Positions 50,032 to 63,181 of a stretch of 64,000 nucleotides of DNA are shown in pieces. Source of the stretch: Aplysia californica (Eukaryota); the NCBI RefSeq assembly GCF_000002075.1, contig NW_004797398.1, forward strand, positions 373,956 to 437,955, given 5' to 3'. How positions within the stretch are numbered: the stretch's first letter is position 1; every line of letters begins with the position of its first letter. A model generated the notes under the pieces. The model was given only the letters and a program-made list of their open reading frames with translations, made no database searches and was not told where the DNA came from. Position numbers and translations under genes: made by a program.

Positions 50032-53000
50032 TGTGTGTGTGTGTATCGACACTGTGCCTACCAACTCACACTTTAAAAAAATTCCTGGTAGAAAGATCCC
50101 TGTTCATGCCCATGCCAAGAGACCTGTTAAAACTGCTTTCCTTTCACACATTAAATGACATCCAAGGTCTCGCTAGATCTAGATCTAAGCTCCTTAATTT
50201 TGCCTCTTTACTTTTGTAGTCTTATCTAGATCTAGATCTAGATTCTAGGTGTCTAGATCTACAGTTGGGCAATCTTCCAGTTTGGAATATTTCACTCTTA
50301 TTTTTAATCACTCATGATATAATTTGCCAGATTTGTGAAGATCTAATAAAGTTTTCGGAGTGCTTATTGGCCCACAGGAGGGGCATATGATTTCCCCTAG
50401 AACATTTCTTATTTGCCCACAAAATTGCGAGTTATCTCCCCTGTATTTGATCTTCTCCCCCCCCCCACCCCATAAAGTCCGTCAATCATATATTTTAAAT
50501 TGAGAATGTATAGATCTAGTATAGTTTTCCAATCTAATGCTAAAAATTAAAAGATGAACAATAGAGTCTAAGAAGTTACACATCTTCATCTTGTTGTCCA
50601 ACACAGTATACATAGAGTAAGCTAAGAAATAATTCAATTATACCGTAATATATTGTTTGCAGAAAGAAGCAAGCCCACATCCGGAGAACCTAAATTCTAA
50701 ATGAAATACTGTTTGCAGACAATCAAAGTCTACTGCATAACAATTTTATAACACTGATCTGCAGGAACACCGCTGACAAATAATCAAATCTGTAGAAATG
50801 TGTGCGAGATGGAATGCCTCAGGAAAACATTAACAAGAAGGGATAAAGTGAGAAAAAATCAAAGAGAACAAGTTTGGACAACACCACATATGAAATACAT
50901 GTACATTGAAAAAACAACGCATTAAATGGCCCATGTGGGCCAATAAGCCCCAGCTTATTTGCCCATGTGGGCCAATAAGAGCAGCATAAAGTTTTAAAAC
51001 TTTTCTCTGCACTGCGCAACACTTTTCCCCACGGACCTGGATAGGATCATAGGCCTGTACTACAGGTGCTGTGACATGCTATCACACCGTCGCCGATCGA
51101 CGTCCCATGGGGAAAAGGGATTGCTTCTTACCGTCGCCGATCGGCGTCCGGTGGGGGTATAGAGCCTAGTGTTAAAGTTAAAATATAGTTCATTACCTGA
51201 ATCCAGTAATACCTTAAATGTTCAAAGTGGAAGATTGCTTACTGCTGATGCGTTATCGTTTCATCAAAATTGTAGCAAGAGCTGACATTCGTATATAAAA
51301 TAATTTACCATCATCTTTGAGTCTTTGAATTGCCAGCATGCTCTAACGTTATAAATAAAAGTTCAAGTACATGCAGTTCGGATTTTAAAATGTTAGAATC
51401 ATTTTTTTAAAAACTGGCCTTCTGGATTTAAAGTATGAGCCTGAACTCGACAGTATTGCCTTTACCAACAAACCTGCCGTGGTGGTCACCTTTTGGCTGC
51501 TGTTCCATGACACCCATGCACTTTTTGTATTTTTTAATGTCCATAGAAGAAGTCCATGTCTAATGCAGCCTCTGTCAGTCAACAATCTTTTTTGACTTTG
51601 TCAAGTTTAATAAGTGATATAATTCAGACTCTGTCCATAGCGGTTACCAGTCTGTAATTATGCTGTAATGTTGAGTGACTGTTATAATGGGTAGATTCGG
51701 CCCGGCTGTGGGACCTCAGAGAAGAGCTGGAGCAGTTGGTGTTAATATTAACTGTTTAGAATCGTCAGTGATGCTTTGTGCTAAAGGGAGGCCCCTTGGA
51801 TTACAGCAGAATTGATGTTCATGATAATGACAAGCAAGAGATGGCATCATGTTACCACACTTACTTGTAGGCTACTTTTCCTAGAAAGATCTACTGACAT
51901 ATTTTTTATGTACAGTCGAACCTGTGTAAATAAGACGGAATCGCAAGGGAGCCAGAAAAAAATTTCGTCTTAGACAGGGGAATTTAGTGGGGAGATGGAT
52001 TGGGGGTTTCAAAGGCCCAACCACTGGGATCAAGGGTGGCTTGTCCGGTCGGCAAACAGTCACAAGTGGTCAAAACTTCACACCTCTCAGCTGTTGTCGT
52101 CTCTGATGTATAATGACATTATTTATCCAATTACCACCAGTGCTTGCATTTCATAGAACCACTGTTTGACCTATTAAAAACAAAAACATTTGAACATTTC
52201 CTTTGCTTCCATCCTTCGCCCCACCCATCGGTGTTATAAGCACAGTCAACCAATGATACTCCTCACTCCCATATGTAACAATGTTTCGAGGAACTCTTTT
52301 CTGGGCTGGCTGAACGATCAGGGCGGAAGGCATTGGTTAAACTAATTTTACACCTCTGGCCTCTGGCTATCACTATCAATGAAAGTTTCTCTTCTGGAAC
52401 GCCACTCGAGCACATTCACTGGCACTCGTGAGATTTCACACCCGCCATCTTCATCACTCAGTGTTCACATAGATGGGGTAACATGGTAACATCTACCCTC
52501 AAATTTCATCCCTACTCCCCTTCCTCGCCCGACAGTATGGCGTTAAGTTTAGAGCCGGCAGAACCAAACTTGCGAGTTTCATATCAGGGCTGAACCGGCA
52601 AAGCATTTTCTGTCTTAGAAGGTGAAACCCTCGGAAGGGAGTGGCTTTTTCTTTCCATTTCCACGTAGGACAGGTTTCCGTTTTATGCTGGTAGTTAGCA
52701 GAAAATATCAAGGGGGGAGCGTGGAGATTCCGTTAAGACAGGTTTCCGTTTTACACAAGTTTCCATTAAGTTAAGGCAGAGGTTCGACTGTAAATATCTT
52801 TTAAAAATCGTATTTGTATTGAAACACGGATGGATAGTTTCTAACTAGTGTATTTTATTATAAATGTAAATGTAATGTTAGCATTCTATTTGTTTACAGG
52901 ACTTGAACTCTCCAGATGTTTTTGAGTCCAGCGATCTTCCTGAAGATGACCAGAATCTTGCCAAACGACCTGTAAGTCTTAATAAACAAGCATTGCAACT

Positions 53001-56000
53001 ATATCGGTACTAAATAATGTGATGTTTGGGTGGACTTCTTAGAGCAGGTTTCTCATACTTGCAACTCACACGCCAAAATTAAGCTGGCAAGATGATATTT
53101 TGTAGTCCCTACTTGATGTCAGTTCAGTGAAAATTCTTGTATAAGTGGGTCTTACTTGCTTCATTCCTCAGACAAAATGTGGCTGAGCTATGTATGAGAA
53201 AAAGCGCTGCGAGCTCTTTGGAATCATGGAGTATAAGAAGATAAGAAGCCTATGGTCTGAGGAACTGCTCATTCTCTGAATTCCAGTTAATAAAGACTGA
53301 GAAGATTGGATCAGTTGTATTTTGAAAAAAAAATACTTAACACTTTTTTTTTTTAGTGTGTGTGTATGGAATATTTTATGTTGCAGAGGCTCATCCAGAC
53401 TCTACCCTCAGTTATCCCTAGGTATTTTGAGTTTTAGACCCCTGAGTTTGAGCATTTGCTTGCAATACAGAGGGTTTTAAAAGTCTGTTTGAGAATGTCT
53501 TAGGTTTTTAGGATTTATTTTCCCAAGTTTTTATTATATATATAGGCATGGATCGAAAAGCAGTGTTTTTGCTCTCACATGTCAGATATTGGACATGTGT
53601 GTATGTTTTTGAATGAACGAGCTTTTTGCATCAATTTTTGCAATGCCATACTAGCTAACGGATCAAATATCATTCTTTACAAATTACAGCATTTTCTAAA
53701 TCTTGCTGCTAGGCTTGTACTTTTAACAAAAAAAAGAAGAGGGATCACATTACTCCCATGTTGAGAACATTTCACTGACTCTGTGTGTCAGCTAGAATAT
53801 TATATAAATTGCAATACAAAGCCCTAATATAATAAGCGTGTCAATAACAATGAGCTGCTGCATTAGGTGATTCATGTTTATGTTTCATCTTGACAACTGA
53901 GATCAGAGATCAGTATCTTGAGAGTTCCTAGGCAAGGAGGTTAACAGATCAAAAAACACAAAAAGTAATTTTTAAAGAAAGCTCTTATGATTTGTATAAA
54001 TCTATTCTAGTAAGTCTTTGAAATGTCATGATGAAAAATTTTATTTTGATTATTCTCAGGAGGAATTGTCCAGTCAAAGTGTTGAGCCCATCTCAGTAAG
54101 CACTGATGCAGCATTTAAAGTTTTCAAGGGCAAAGGAGTTGACCTTGGTAAAACAGGTTGGTCTTTCCATATCTTTTCTTTTCCCAAGTTATCACAGTGT
54201 ATCATGAATTGAACACATTTGTTTGCAATTGATTTTGATTCCTCATTAAATGATTGTTTTCATATTGCACATATAGAAGGTATTGTGATTGTAACATTTT
54301 TCATTTCAAATTTTTGGAAACACTGCACTCAGAGAATAAGAGTTTTGCGCGATATAATGTTATTTATAAAATATGTAAATGCTTGTGGTAGACGATTTCT
54401 GTACAAAAGCTTCACAGTGCTCTTAGTCTATTTACTCTCTGATATATTTAATAGCTCGCGTCCCTGTTCATTTCCTTTGCAAAAAGGTTTAAAGCCTTCC
54501 TTTATGAAATATTATCCTTTAAACTTCAAGGAAAAAGTGTAATCAAAATCTCAAGTATACTTTGTTAAAAACACTAATTGAAATCTGAGAAGCTTTGAAT
54601 TATTAGACAAAATTTTTGCAGTTGGCCTGATATTTAGAAGTAGGGTGACATTTATGCTTGACTACTAAAATGTGTATTGTTGTCTTCTTTTCCTTCTTTT
54701 TCTTTTAAGCTTCTGCAATAAAACCCTGTCTCTTGACCTTCTGCCTGCCTGAATTTTTTTGGTTTCAAGCCAGGTTTCTGTGTCTTGTTGTCTCCCTCTT
54801 CCTCTCTTGCCTGCTACCTTTGCAAACCTACCAGTTACTCCGAAAAATCAGAGTTCTCTAATCTTTTATTGCCTACCGGAGAACCCTTGTGAGATTTGCA
54901 TAAAATCTTGTTTTTTCTTGAATTCTGTTTACAAGTCATATGCAAGTGACATAAAAAAAACAGGTTTGTTTCCCATATTTGCATTATTTATTGTGACTGA
55001 TGTAAAAATACTCATTAATATTTTCATTTATTTGCATATGTGAGGTATCGTGGTGAAATCAGGCACTCATCAAAATAATTGAATTGAAGATACTCACAAT
55101 TTTCCCGTTTGGCAATTTTTATCTTTTTTTCTTCTCCTTTTTTTTGTCTTACTGAAACCAGGTGACCCCCACCTCTTTTAATCGCAAGTTTCTAGGCTTC
55201 TATAGATAAATATTTTTTTTCATCAAAAGAAAGATTTAATAAACAAGCTTTAAGATGATACCAATAACTCTACAGGCCCAAAAATCGACGAGCGCCTGAT
55301 TCCACCGCGTCATGACACATATATTTGTGATGCACACATTTATTTGCGATTGTCGCTTCATAATGTAATCTTAATCTTCTTGGGATTTGGTGAGAAAAAC
55401 TTGTAATATTGGTTGTCGAGGGGTTGGCAGGTCTACATTTGCTTTTAGAATGTTTTTCTTGAGTGAATCATAGCATGTGAAATGCCCAAAGTATAACACG
55501 ATGATGTATTCCACAGATTTTTCAGATAGTGTAAGCAAGTCTAGGACCATAGGATACTATGCTGATCAGACAGAGTATGAATTGGTAAGTGTATTACTTT
55601 AATTTTTCAGACCTCTGTGTCTGTCAATATTAATGATTTGAGAAATGAAATTTGGAAATACTTCTACCATGTCAAATATAATGAGTATTGATTTTTTTTA
55701 AAAAGTTGATCATAGTTATGAGAATATGTAAGTCTGGTTTGGCTGTATTAATTTGGTTAAATGATTTTGGAAAAAAGCTGTATATTACTAATGCTTTCAG
55801 AATAATAAGTGTTTAGTGATACATGGAGTTCACTGCTTTTAGAAGTAAGGCTTTTCTTTAAAAAAAAATAATTCATTTTTGTCATCCAGGATATCTTTAT
55901 AACTGAAAAATGAATAATTGATTTTATTACTTTGCACAGCTGGGACAAGGTGACAAGAAAGAGACTGCACAGCAGAAGTATCAGCGACTGCAGCATGAGA

Positions 56001-57309
56001 TGAGGGAATTAGCCGAAGAAGTGGGCAAAATCAAGGTCAGTTCTATTCTTTTATTTTTCATGCTTAGTAATAAATTCTTTTTGCCATAGCAGGATGTAGT
56101 CGAATGTTGCTGTATTGAGTGGAAATGTTTTGTGCCCTTCCCCAATAAACTTCATTTAGATCCATTTGGAGTTTGTCTGCTTTGACCCAGCCCTCTAAGG
56201 TCAACTGTCAACATAAGGTGAGTGGGATGCATCTTTTCAGCAGAAAGCTGGAGGTGATTGAAGAAATAGACTTATTCTTGTTCAATTATGGCAAGCTGTG
56301 TTACACGCTAAAGAGGGGTAGGGGGTCCTGTAGAGACACCTATTCTGCTTGAGTTGTTCAAATGCCTTTATAAAGATAATGAAAAAACCTTCAGTCAGTT
56401 CTTCCTTTCTCGGCTCTTCAACGCTATGGTTAGGGGAAAGACGGACGTCATTGTTACTGTCAGAGGAAAACTGGGAGCCTATTAAGTTATTTTCATACCT
56501 TGTAAAGCAAGTTAAATAGAGTTAAATATCTTTTTTGCAACAATGAAGATATCTATTACTAAAAGAACAGTACTGTTTCATGGTACACTACTTATAACAG
56601 AACCTGAAGTTTTTACAGCACAATTCGAGCTCACCAGGCTTTTCTGCCTTTGAGAGAGATTCACATATATTTGTTGCCGTCACTGCTGTCGCTCCAGATC
56701 TTTTTGTTGTTATCTTGTTGGCATGCAAAAAACCAGAAGGTTGTTTTCCTTTTTTTCAACTCCAGCTGCCTGATGGTAATTTGATACTGTGGAAAGAGTA
56801 CAGTGTACTTAAGTGAAAAATCTTGTCAGTTTGTTAGTCTTTGAGCGCTTAATCAGCTGTTTGCTTTGTATGCTTTCTGGGAAGCTGACATTGTTTCTGA
56901 GTGTTCTGTGGTCTGCTGGCGTGATAATATAGTGTGTAAAGCGCATACAGCTTGCTGTCGAGTGGGGATGTGCGCTATATAATGCTATATATTATCATTA
57001 TTTTTATTATTATTATTGTTATTATTATTAATATTATTATTATTATTATGTTCAAATCTCAAATTTATCACTCCCTTAGGATTCAGTCCAACAAACAGAT
57101 GCGGGCGACTCCCTATCCCCTGTGGCGCTGGGGAAACAGTTGGAGTACCTGCAGCACCAGCTGGCAGACCTGCACTTGGAGAAGCTGCTGGGACCTGAGG
57201 CCAAGGTTGATCTGGCAGATCCCCAGGGAGCCCTGAGACAGTAAGTGCTCAGTAAGAGCTTGCTTTTGAGTTGAGCGGGGGTATGCACTGTACTGTCTAC
57301 AAATTATGC

Positions 57310-57344
<35 letters not shown>

Positions 57345-60300
57345 TTGCATACCGACGCTTTACTGAAAACTCAACTTTTTGCATCAGTGTATTTGACCCA
57401 GTGTGTATTGAAACAAACGAAAGTGAAAGTGTTTTTTTAAAATTATTTGTGAAAGGGAATTTTTTTGCAAAATGTTTTTGATTTTTGTTTTTCTGTCCAA
57501 TATTCTGTTAACTCAACAGTTCAGAATATTTTTGTTCTAAATATTGAACTTGAATTTGAAGCAAACTTATTTGTAGACTGTCTCTAGTGTATATGTTATG
57601 AATTTTATCCATTGTGACATGCAGTATCAGGCCTGATGTTTCTCGCTAAATTTATAAATGATTACTCTGGTCCATAAAATTCTGAAAATTTTTGGGCTGA
57701 GGCATGTGAAAATGATTTTTGTATGGAACTTGAGTGGTAGAATCTGAATCCTGTGTCAGATTTTCTTGATCAGGTCTAAAAATTTAGTACAATGGGTCGC
57801 AATTTTTTGCTTCTCCCCTTTGATTCATTTACACATAAACCCCTAAAACCTCACTCACTTTTTGGGCTTAGGCATGTGAGTATGATTTTGATATGGAATT
57901 TTGGTGGAAGGATTAGAATCTTTATCAGATTTTTCTCTATAAGATCAGAATTTTTTATACGAAATGTCGTATGCTTTGGGGGTTTTTCTCTTTGATTCTT
58001 TTAAACATAAACCCCCTAAAATCTCACTCGTATGAGTATCAAAAAACACAATTGTATGCAGTTACGTTCTGTTCATTAAGGAACATCTTTTCCTCGAATG
58101 AAATCATCATCTGTACTAATGTATCATCACGTGTGACTTTTTAAATGTCAGATCCAACTAAAATGTCCTCTTTCAACTTAATTAGCACATAGCAGCACAA
58201 CAGAAAATCACTGTGGGTGAACAGTGGGCACTAAATTCAATAAATTAATTCTCAAACTGACGCATCAAAACAGTGGAAACCACTTACATTAGCTTGAATA
58301 AATCAAATGATTATTTCCCTCTGAAGTTTCTTAGTCACTTTATCGCACAATTTAAAAACAGTTTAGTTTTTTTTTTCATTCTTTCAAATTTTAGATTACT
58401 TTATTTTTATCATTATTTATATTAACAATTGACTGTAGAAATGAAACAAGTCTAAACTTTAAAACAATTTCATTACAAATATGTGATACTGGATATTATG
58501 AAAATATATCACACTTCGTTAGTTACTTTTTTTGGAAAGAATGAAAGTTACGGCCTTTGTTTTATAGAGTCTGTTATTTTTACCTCCCCTGACAAAATCA
58601 AGAATACCTGAAATTGCTTAAATATGCGAATTGTGCAAAAGCCTGACGTGAAAGACAAAAGTTAACTACTATTTGGAATCGGCACATGAATTTCCATAAG
58701 ATTTGACATCTTTGGTCGCTAAGTCTTATTCTTCATTCACCAATATTATTAAACCACTGTAATTTGTCCTTTTTTGTAATGCTCAACATTACAGTTTGTA
58801 CTTACTTTATCTGCCTTCAGGCGACTTCTCACCCAGTTAGAGGGCNNNNNNNNNNNNNNNNNNNNNNNNNNNNNNNNNNNNNNNNNNNNNNNNNNNNNNN
58901 NNNNNNNNNNNNNNNNNNNNNNNNNNNNNNNNNNNNNNNNNNNNNTAAGGTCAACTGTCAACATAAGGTGAGTGGGATGCATCTTTTCAGCAGAAAGCTG
59001 GAGGTGATTGAAGAAATAGACTTATTCTTGTTCAATTATGGCAAGCTGTGTTGCACACTAAAGAGGGGTAGGGGGTCCTGTAGAGACACCTATTCTGCTT
59101 GAGTGATTTACTGAGTCCTATTTGTATGAGTTGTTCAAATGCCTTTATTAAGATAATGAAATAACCTGCAATCAGTTCTTCCTTTCTCTGCACTTCTACA
59201 CTATGGTTAGGTGAAAGATGGACATCATTGTTACTGTCAGAGGAAAACTGGGAGCCTATTAAGTTATTTTCATACCTTGTAAAGCAGGTTAAACATAGTT
59301 AAATATCTTTTTTGCAACAAGAAGATACCTATTACTAAAAGATCAGTAATGTTTCATGGTACACTAGCTTGTAAAAAATACCTGAAGCATTTACTGCACA
59401 TTTTCAGCTCACTACGCTTTTCTGCCTTTGAGAGTGGGTGGTTGGCGGGTGCTCTTGTGTGGTTTGCTCCTTCTATCCTGTCAAACATCTACCGTCCTTA
59501 TCTCCCTTTTTTCTTTTTTCTTTTTGTTACACTCTTGTACTCCTCTAATCTTCTGGCACTCAAATGGCCTTATGCAGTTGCGAGCGCCGTTAAACCTCTA
59601 CTAAAACTATAAAACTGCCTTTGAGAGAGATTCACTTATATTTGTTGCCGTCACTGCTGTCGCTCCAGTTCTTTCTGGTGTTGTCTTGTTGGTATGCCTA
59701 AAACCAGAAGGTTGTTATCCTTCTTTTCAACTCCAGCTGCCTGCTGTTAATTTGATGCTGTGAAAAGAATACAGTGTATTTAAGTAAAAAATATTGTCAG
59801 TTTGTTAGTTTTTGAGCACTTATTCAGCTGTTTGCTTTGTATGCTATCTGGGAAGCTGAGATTGTTTCTGAATGTTCTATGATCTGCTGGGGTGATAATA
59901 TAGTGTGTAAAGCGCTTAGAACTTGCTGTCGAGTGGGGATGTGCGCTATATAATGCTATTTATTATTATCATTATTTTTATTATTATTATTGTTATTATT
60001 ATTAATATTATTATTATTATTATTAAGTTCAAATCTCAAATTTATCACTCCCTTAGGATTCAGTCCAACAAACAGATGCGGGCGACTCCCTGTCCCCTGT
60101 GGCGCTGGGGAAACAGTTGGAGTACCTGCAGCACCAGCTGGCAGACCTGCACTTGGAGAAGCTGCTGGGACCTGAGGCCAAGGTTGATCTGGCAGATCCC
60201 CAGGGAGCCCTGAGACAGTAAGTGCTCAGTAAGAGCTTGCTTTTGAGTTGAGCGGGGGTATGCACTGTACTGTCTACAAATTATGCTATTTATTATTATT

Positions 60301-63181
60301 ATTATTTTGCATACCGACGCTTTACTGAAAACTCAACTTTTTGCATCAGTGTATTTGACCCAGTGTGTATTGAAACAAACGAAAGTGAAAGTGTTTTGTT
60401 TTTTTTATTTGTGAAAGGGAATTTTTTTGCAAAATGTTTTTGATTTTTGTTTTTCTGTCCAATATTCTGTTAACTCAACAGTTCAGAATATTTTTGTTCT
60501 AAATATTGAACTTGAATTTGACGCAAACTTATTTGTAGACTGTCTCTAGTGTATATGTTATGAATTTTATCCATTGTGACATGCAGTGTCAGGCCTGATA
60601 TTTCTCGATAAATTTATAAATGGTTACACTGGTCGATAAAATTCTGAAAATTTTTGGGCTGAGGCTTGTGAAAAGGATTTTCGTATGGAATTTGAGTGGT
60701 AGAATCTGAACCCGGTGTCAGATTTTCTCTATCAGGTCCAAAAATTTAGTACAATGAGTCACTGTTTTTTGTTTCTCCGCTTTGATTTATTTAAACATAA
60801 ACCCCTAAAATCTCACTCACTTTTTGGGCTTAGGCATGTGAATATGATTTTGATATGGAATTTTAGTCGTAGAATTCAAATTTTTCATCAGGTTCTCTCT
60901 GTAAGATCAGGATTTTTTATATGAAATGTCGTATGTTTTGGGGTTTTTTTCCTCTTTGATTCATTTAAACATAGACCCGTAAAATCTCACTCGTATGAGT
61001 TTAAAAAACCACATTGATATGCAGTTACGTTCCATTCCACTGTAATTTGTCCTTTTTTTGTAATGCTCAACATTACAGTTTGTACTTACTTTATCTGCCT
61101 TCAGGCGACTTCTCACCCAGTTAGAGGGCTTTGGTGCTGCGGGGGACAAATCCAAACAGAAAGGAGCTCCTGGTGCTGGAGGGGACAGTGTTGTGTATGA
61201 GCTCTTCTACAAACCGGAGCAAGCGCAGTTTAGCAAGAACGCCAGAGTATGTTTTTGACTGAGTAACTGTTAGTGCAGGTGATGCAGTCTGATTTACCGT
61301 ATCACCTCTCTTACTAGGTTGTCTGAAATGTACAATGTAAGCTTGTGTGAGTTGGACAATGAAACTGATAGTTTACTATTTGTCTTTAAAAAAAATTTCA
61401 GTCTTTTCTTTTGACAGTATTTGAATATATATCTTCGTTTCTGTGAACTTCCTCTTGAATCAGCTGTCCATTTGAGTGACAAGTGCTTCTTTTGTCACTC
61501 TGATGTGTATGGCTACATTTGCTTAAATATATATATATATATGTATGGACATAAACAAATGCAGGCTTCACCTCATGGTATTTGTGCTCCAGAGATGCAT
61601 TTTCTAAATCTTGTGTTAAGTTTGACCAGAAAGTTGTTCAATAATGTGTCTGTTAATAATTTTTAAAAAGCGTCATTATTGTATTGTGTTAGTAGTGTTA
61701 TGGAATTTCTGTGCTCATTAATAATGAGTTTTAGCTCTTCAGTACTAGTGCCAAGTGTGGCTTTCACCCATATTGTTGCCAAAGGTTGAAACAGTAGATA
61801 AGTTTGTAATTATTTAAAACTATTTTTTTGAAAATCTCAACAGCTTGCGAAGCTTGAGGAAAGGCTGGACAGACTTGAAAATGTGATTGGGAAGAATTTT
61901 GATAAAACGGTGAGTTTAATTCTGAAACTATAAATATGCTTATGTGGTTTTGTGTTAACAGATGCATTAGTCTTAATTTACTTAATAGCTGGCTAAGTTT
62001 AAAGAGAAATTTGGTTTGCAAGCTGGTTATTGTCTTATCTGCTAGAAGTATCAATAATACATCCAGAGCTGCAAGAAAAAGAGGAAATTTTGCTGGACAA
62101 TGCAAAATATGTATAGACTAATACCTTCACTTAATCGTATATTTAAGATAGTTCTCAGTAACTGTCCCCTTTCCTTTATCGTACTAAACACTTAATTGAC
62201 ATCTCCCCCAATGGTGCCGAATACAGCAATTTCTCAGTTGATGAGAGTCTTTCTATATGTTGCCCCTTGTATTTCTCCAGCAGACAGACTGTCCACAAAG
62301 GAAGAAAATGTGTTCAGGAAATTAAGATTTTCTACATCCTGAGTACTTCCCATTGCCAGTTTGCTTTGTTTAGCGTTTTTATATTTTTGTTATTTGCAAA
62401 GTTTCCCCATGATTTCTGTTTATACTAAAAAATAATCAAATTCGACACCTGTACTTATATCATTTTCTTTTTTCAGAATGTACTGACTGCGGACACAGAT
62501 AACAAGTCTTTGATTGTAAGTTGAAGTACACAGTTGTGCTTTTTATCCCTCTGAGGAAAAAGTCATGTTCCATCACATATTATTTAAAAACTATGAACAC
62601 ATGAAAACTTTCAAAGAAAAAAAATTCTACGGAACCTGTGTGACTCATTGAACTCAAGTCTGTCCTGATGCCATAGTATGGAGTAGAAGAGGTCACCCCT
62701 TGTACAGATCTCTCTTCAGTGATTTGTTTAGCCTAGACAAATGCTGGTGCCAATTTTTTTTTTTTTAAATGTGTTTATTTTTGTTTACTGACTTGGGGAA
62801 AATAGGAAAGGGAGGGCAGTGTCTTTTAGAGCGCAAAATGCTGGTACTGGTGCAGCCAAGATTGGAACCCTTGTCTAGTTGATTTTTAATCCGGCAGCTT
62901 CACCTTTACGTCTTTTGTAAGTGATATGCATTATTCTCTCGTCATTTTATGTCTTATAATAGCTCATCTACTCAGGCACATCTAAAGATAAAAATCATTG
63001 ACCTCAGAAATATTTATTCTCATAGGGTTCTGTGGCAGCCCTGAACTCAAAGCTGTCACTGCTGGATGCTTCCAACACTGAGACTGTTGAAGCCAGACTT
63101 AACGCTGTCCTACAAAAAATGCAACAAATTGCCGAAAAGAAAGAAAAGGAACCACAGGCTGATCCAGATAAACAGAAAAGG
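49520..63181 (+). CDS. DCTN2: Dynactin subunit 2 (p50 dynamitin), 5' part; continues beyond the window
   Basis: Exons 49520-49555 (MADPKYANLPGI), 52900-52971 (PDVFESSDLPEDDQ), 54060-54156, 55517-55584, 55940-56035 (ETAQQKYQRLQHE), 57080-57240 or its duplicate 60057-60217, 61105-61246 (YELFYKPEQ), 61844-61909, 62477-62515, 63026-63181. All GT-AG and in frame when only one copy of exon 6 is used. Confidence 0.96.
53620..53815 (+). mobile_element. Decayed L2/CR1-group LINE RT C-terminal fragment
   Basis: FCNAIL..KLQHFLNLAARLV..IT resembles the L2 LQxVQNxAARLV..HITP motif. Confidence 0.6.
56933..57050 (+). mobile_element. L2-type retroposon 3' tail with (ATT)n; duplicated at 59904-60025
   Basis: TGTAAAGCGC..GCGCTATATAA followed by (ATT)n. 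Confidence 0.6.
58846..58945. other. Assembly gap (100 N, placeholder size)
   Basis: Run of exactly 100 N between the two duplicated copies. Confidence 1.
59435..59614 (+). mobile_element. 180-bp retroposon 3' fragment with 13-bp TSD, present in only one duplicate copy
   Basis: TSD CTGCCTTTGAGAG at 59422-59434 and 59615-59627; the empty site is visible at about 56644-56656; same 3' hairpin and tail family as 18052-18447. Confidence 0.9.

Larger units (their letters stand above)
56196..61129 (+). repeat. Tandem duplication (56196-58845 and 58946-61129) of DCTN2 exon 6 and the start of exon 7 around a 100-N gap; probable haplotype false duplication
   Basis: Sequence after the gap restarts with TAAGGTCAACTGTC as at 56196. 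Copy 1 is cut inside exon 7 at the gap. The exon-6 copies differ by one synonymous base (CTA/CTG); the introns differ by SNPs and indels. Confidence 0.9.

Noticed and set aside
56952-57236. Hydrophobic poly-Ile/Leu ORFs suggesting membrane peptides
   Set aside because: Translation of an (ATT)n retroposon tail running out of frame into DCTN2 exon 6.
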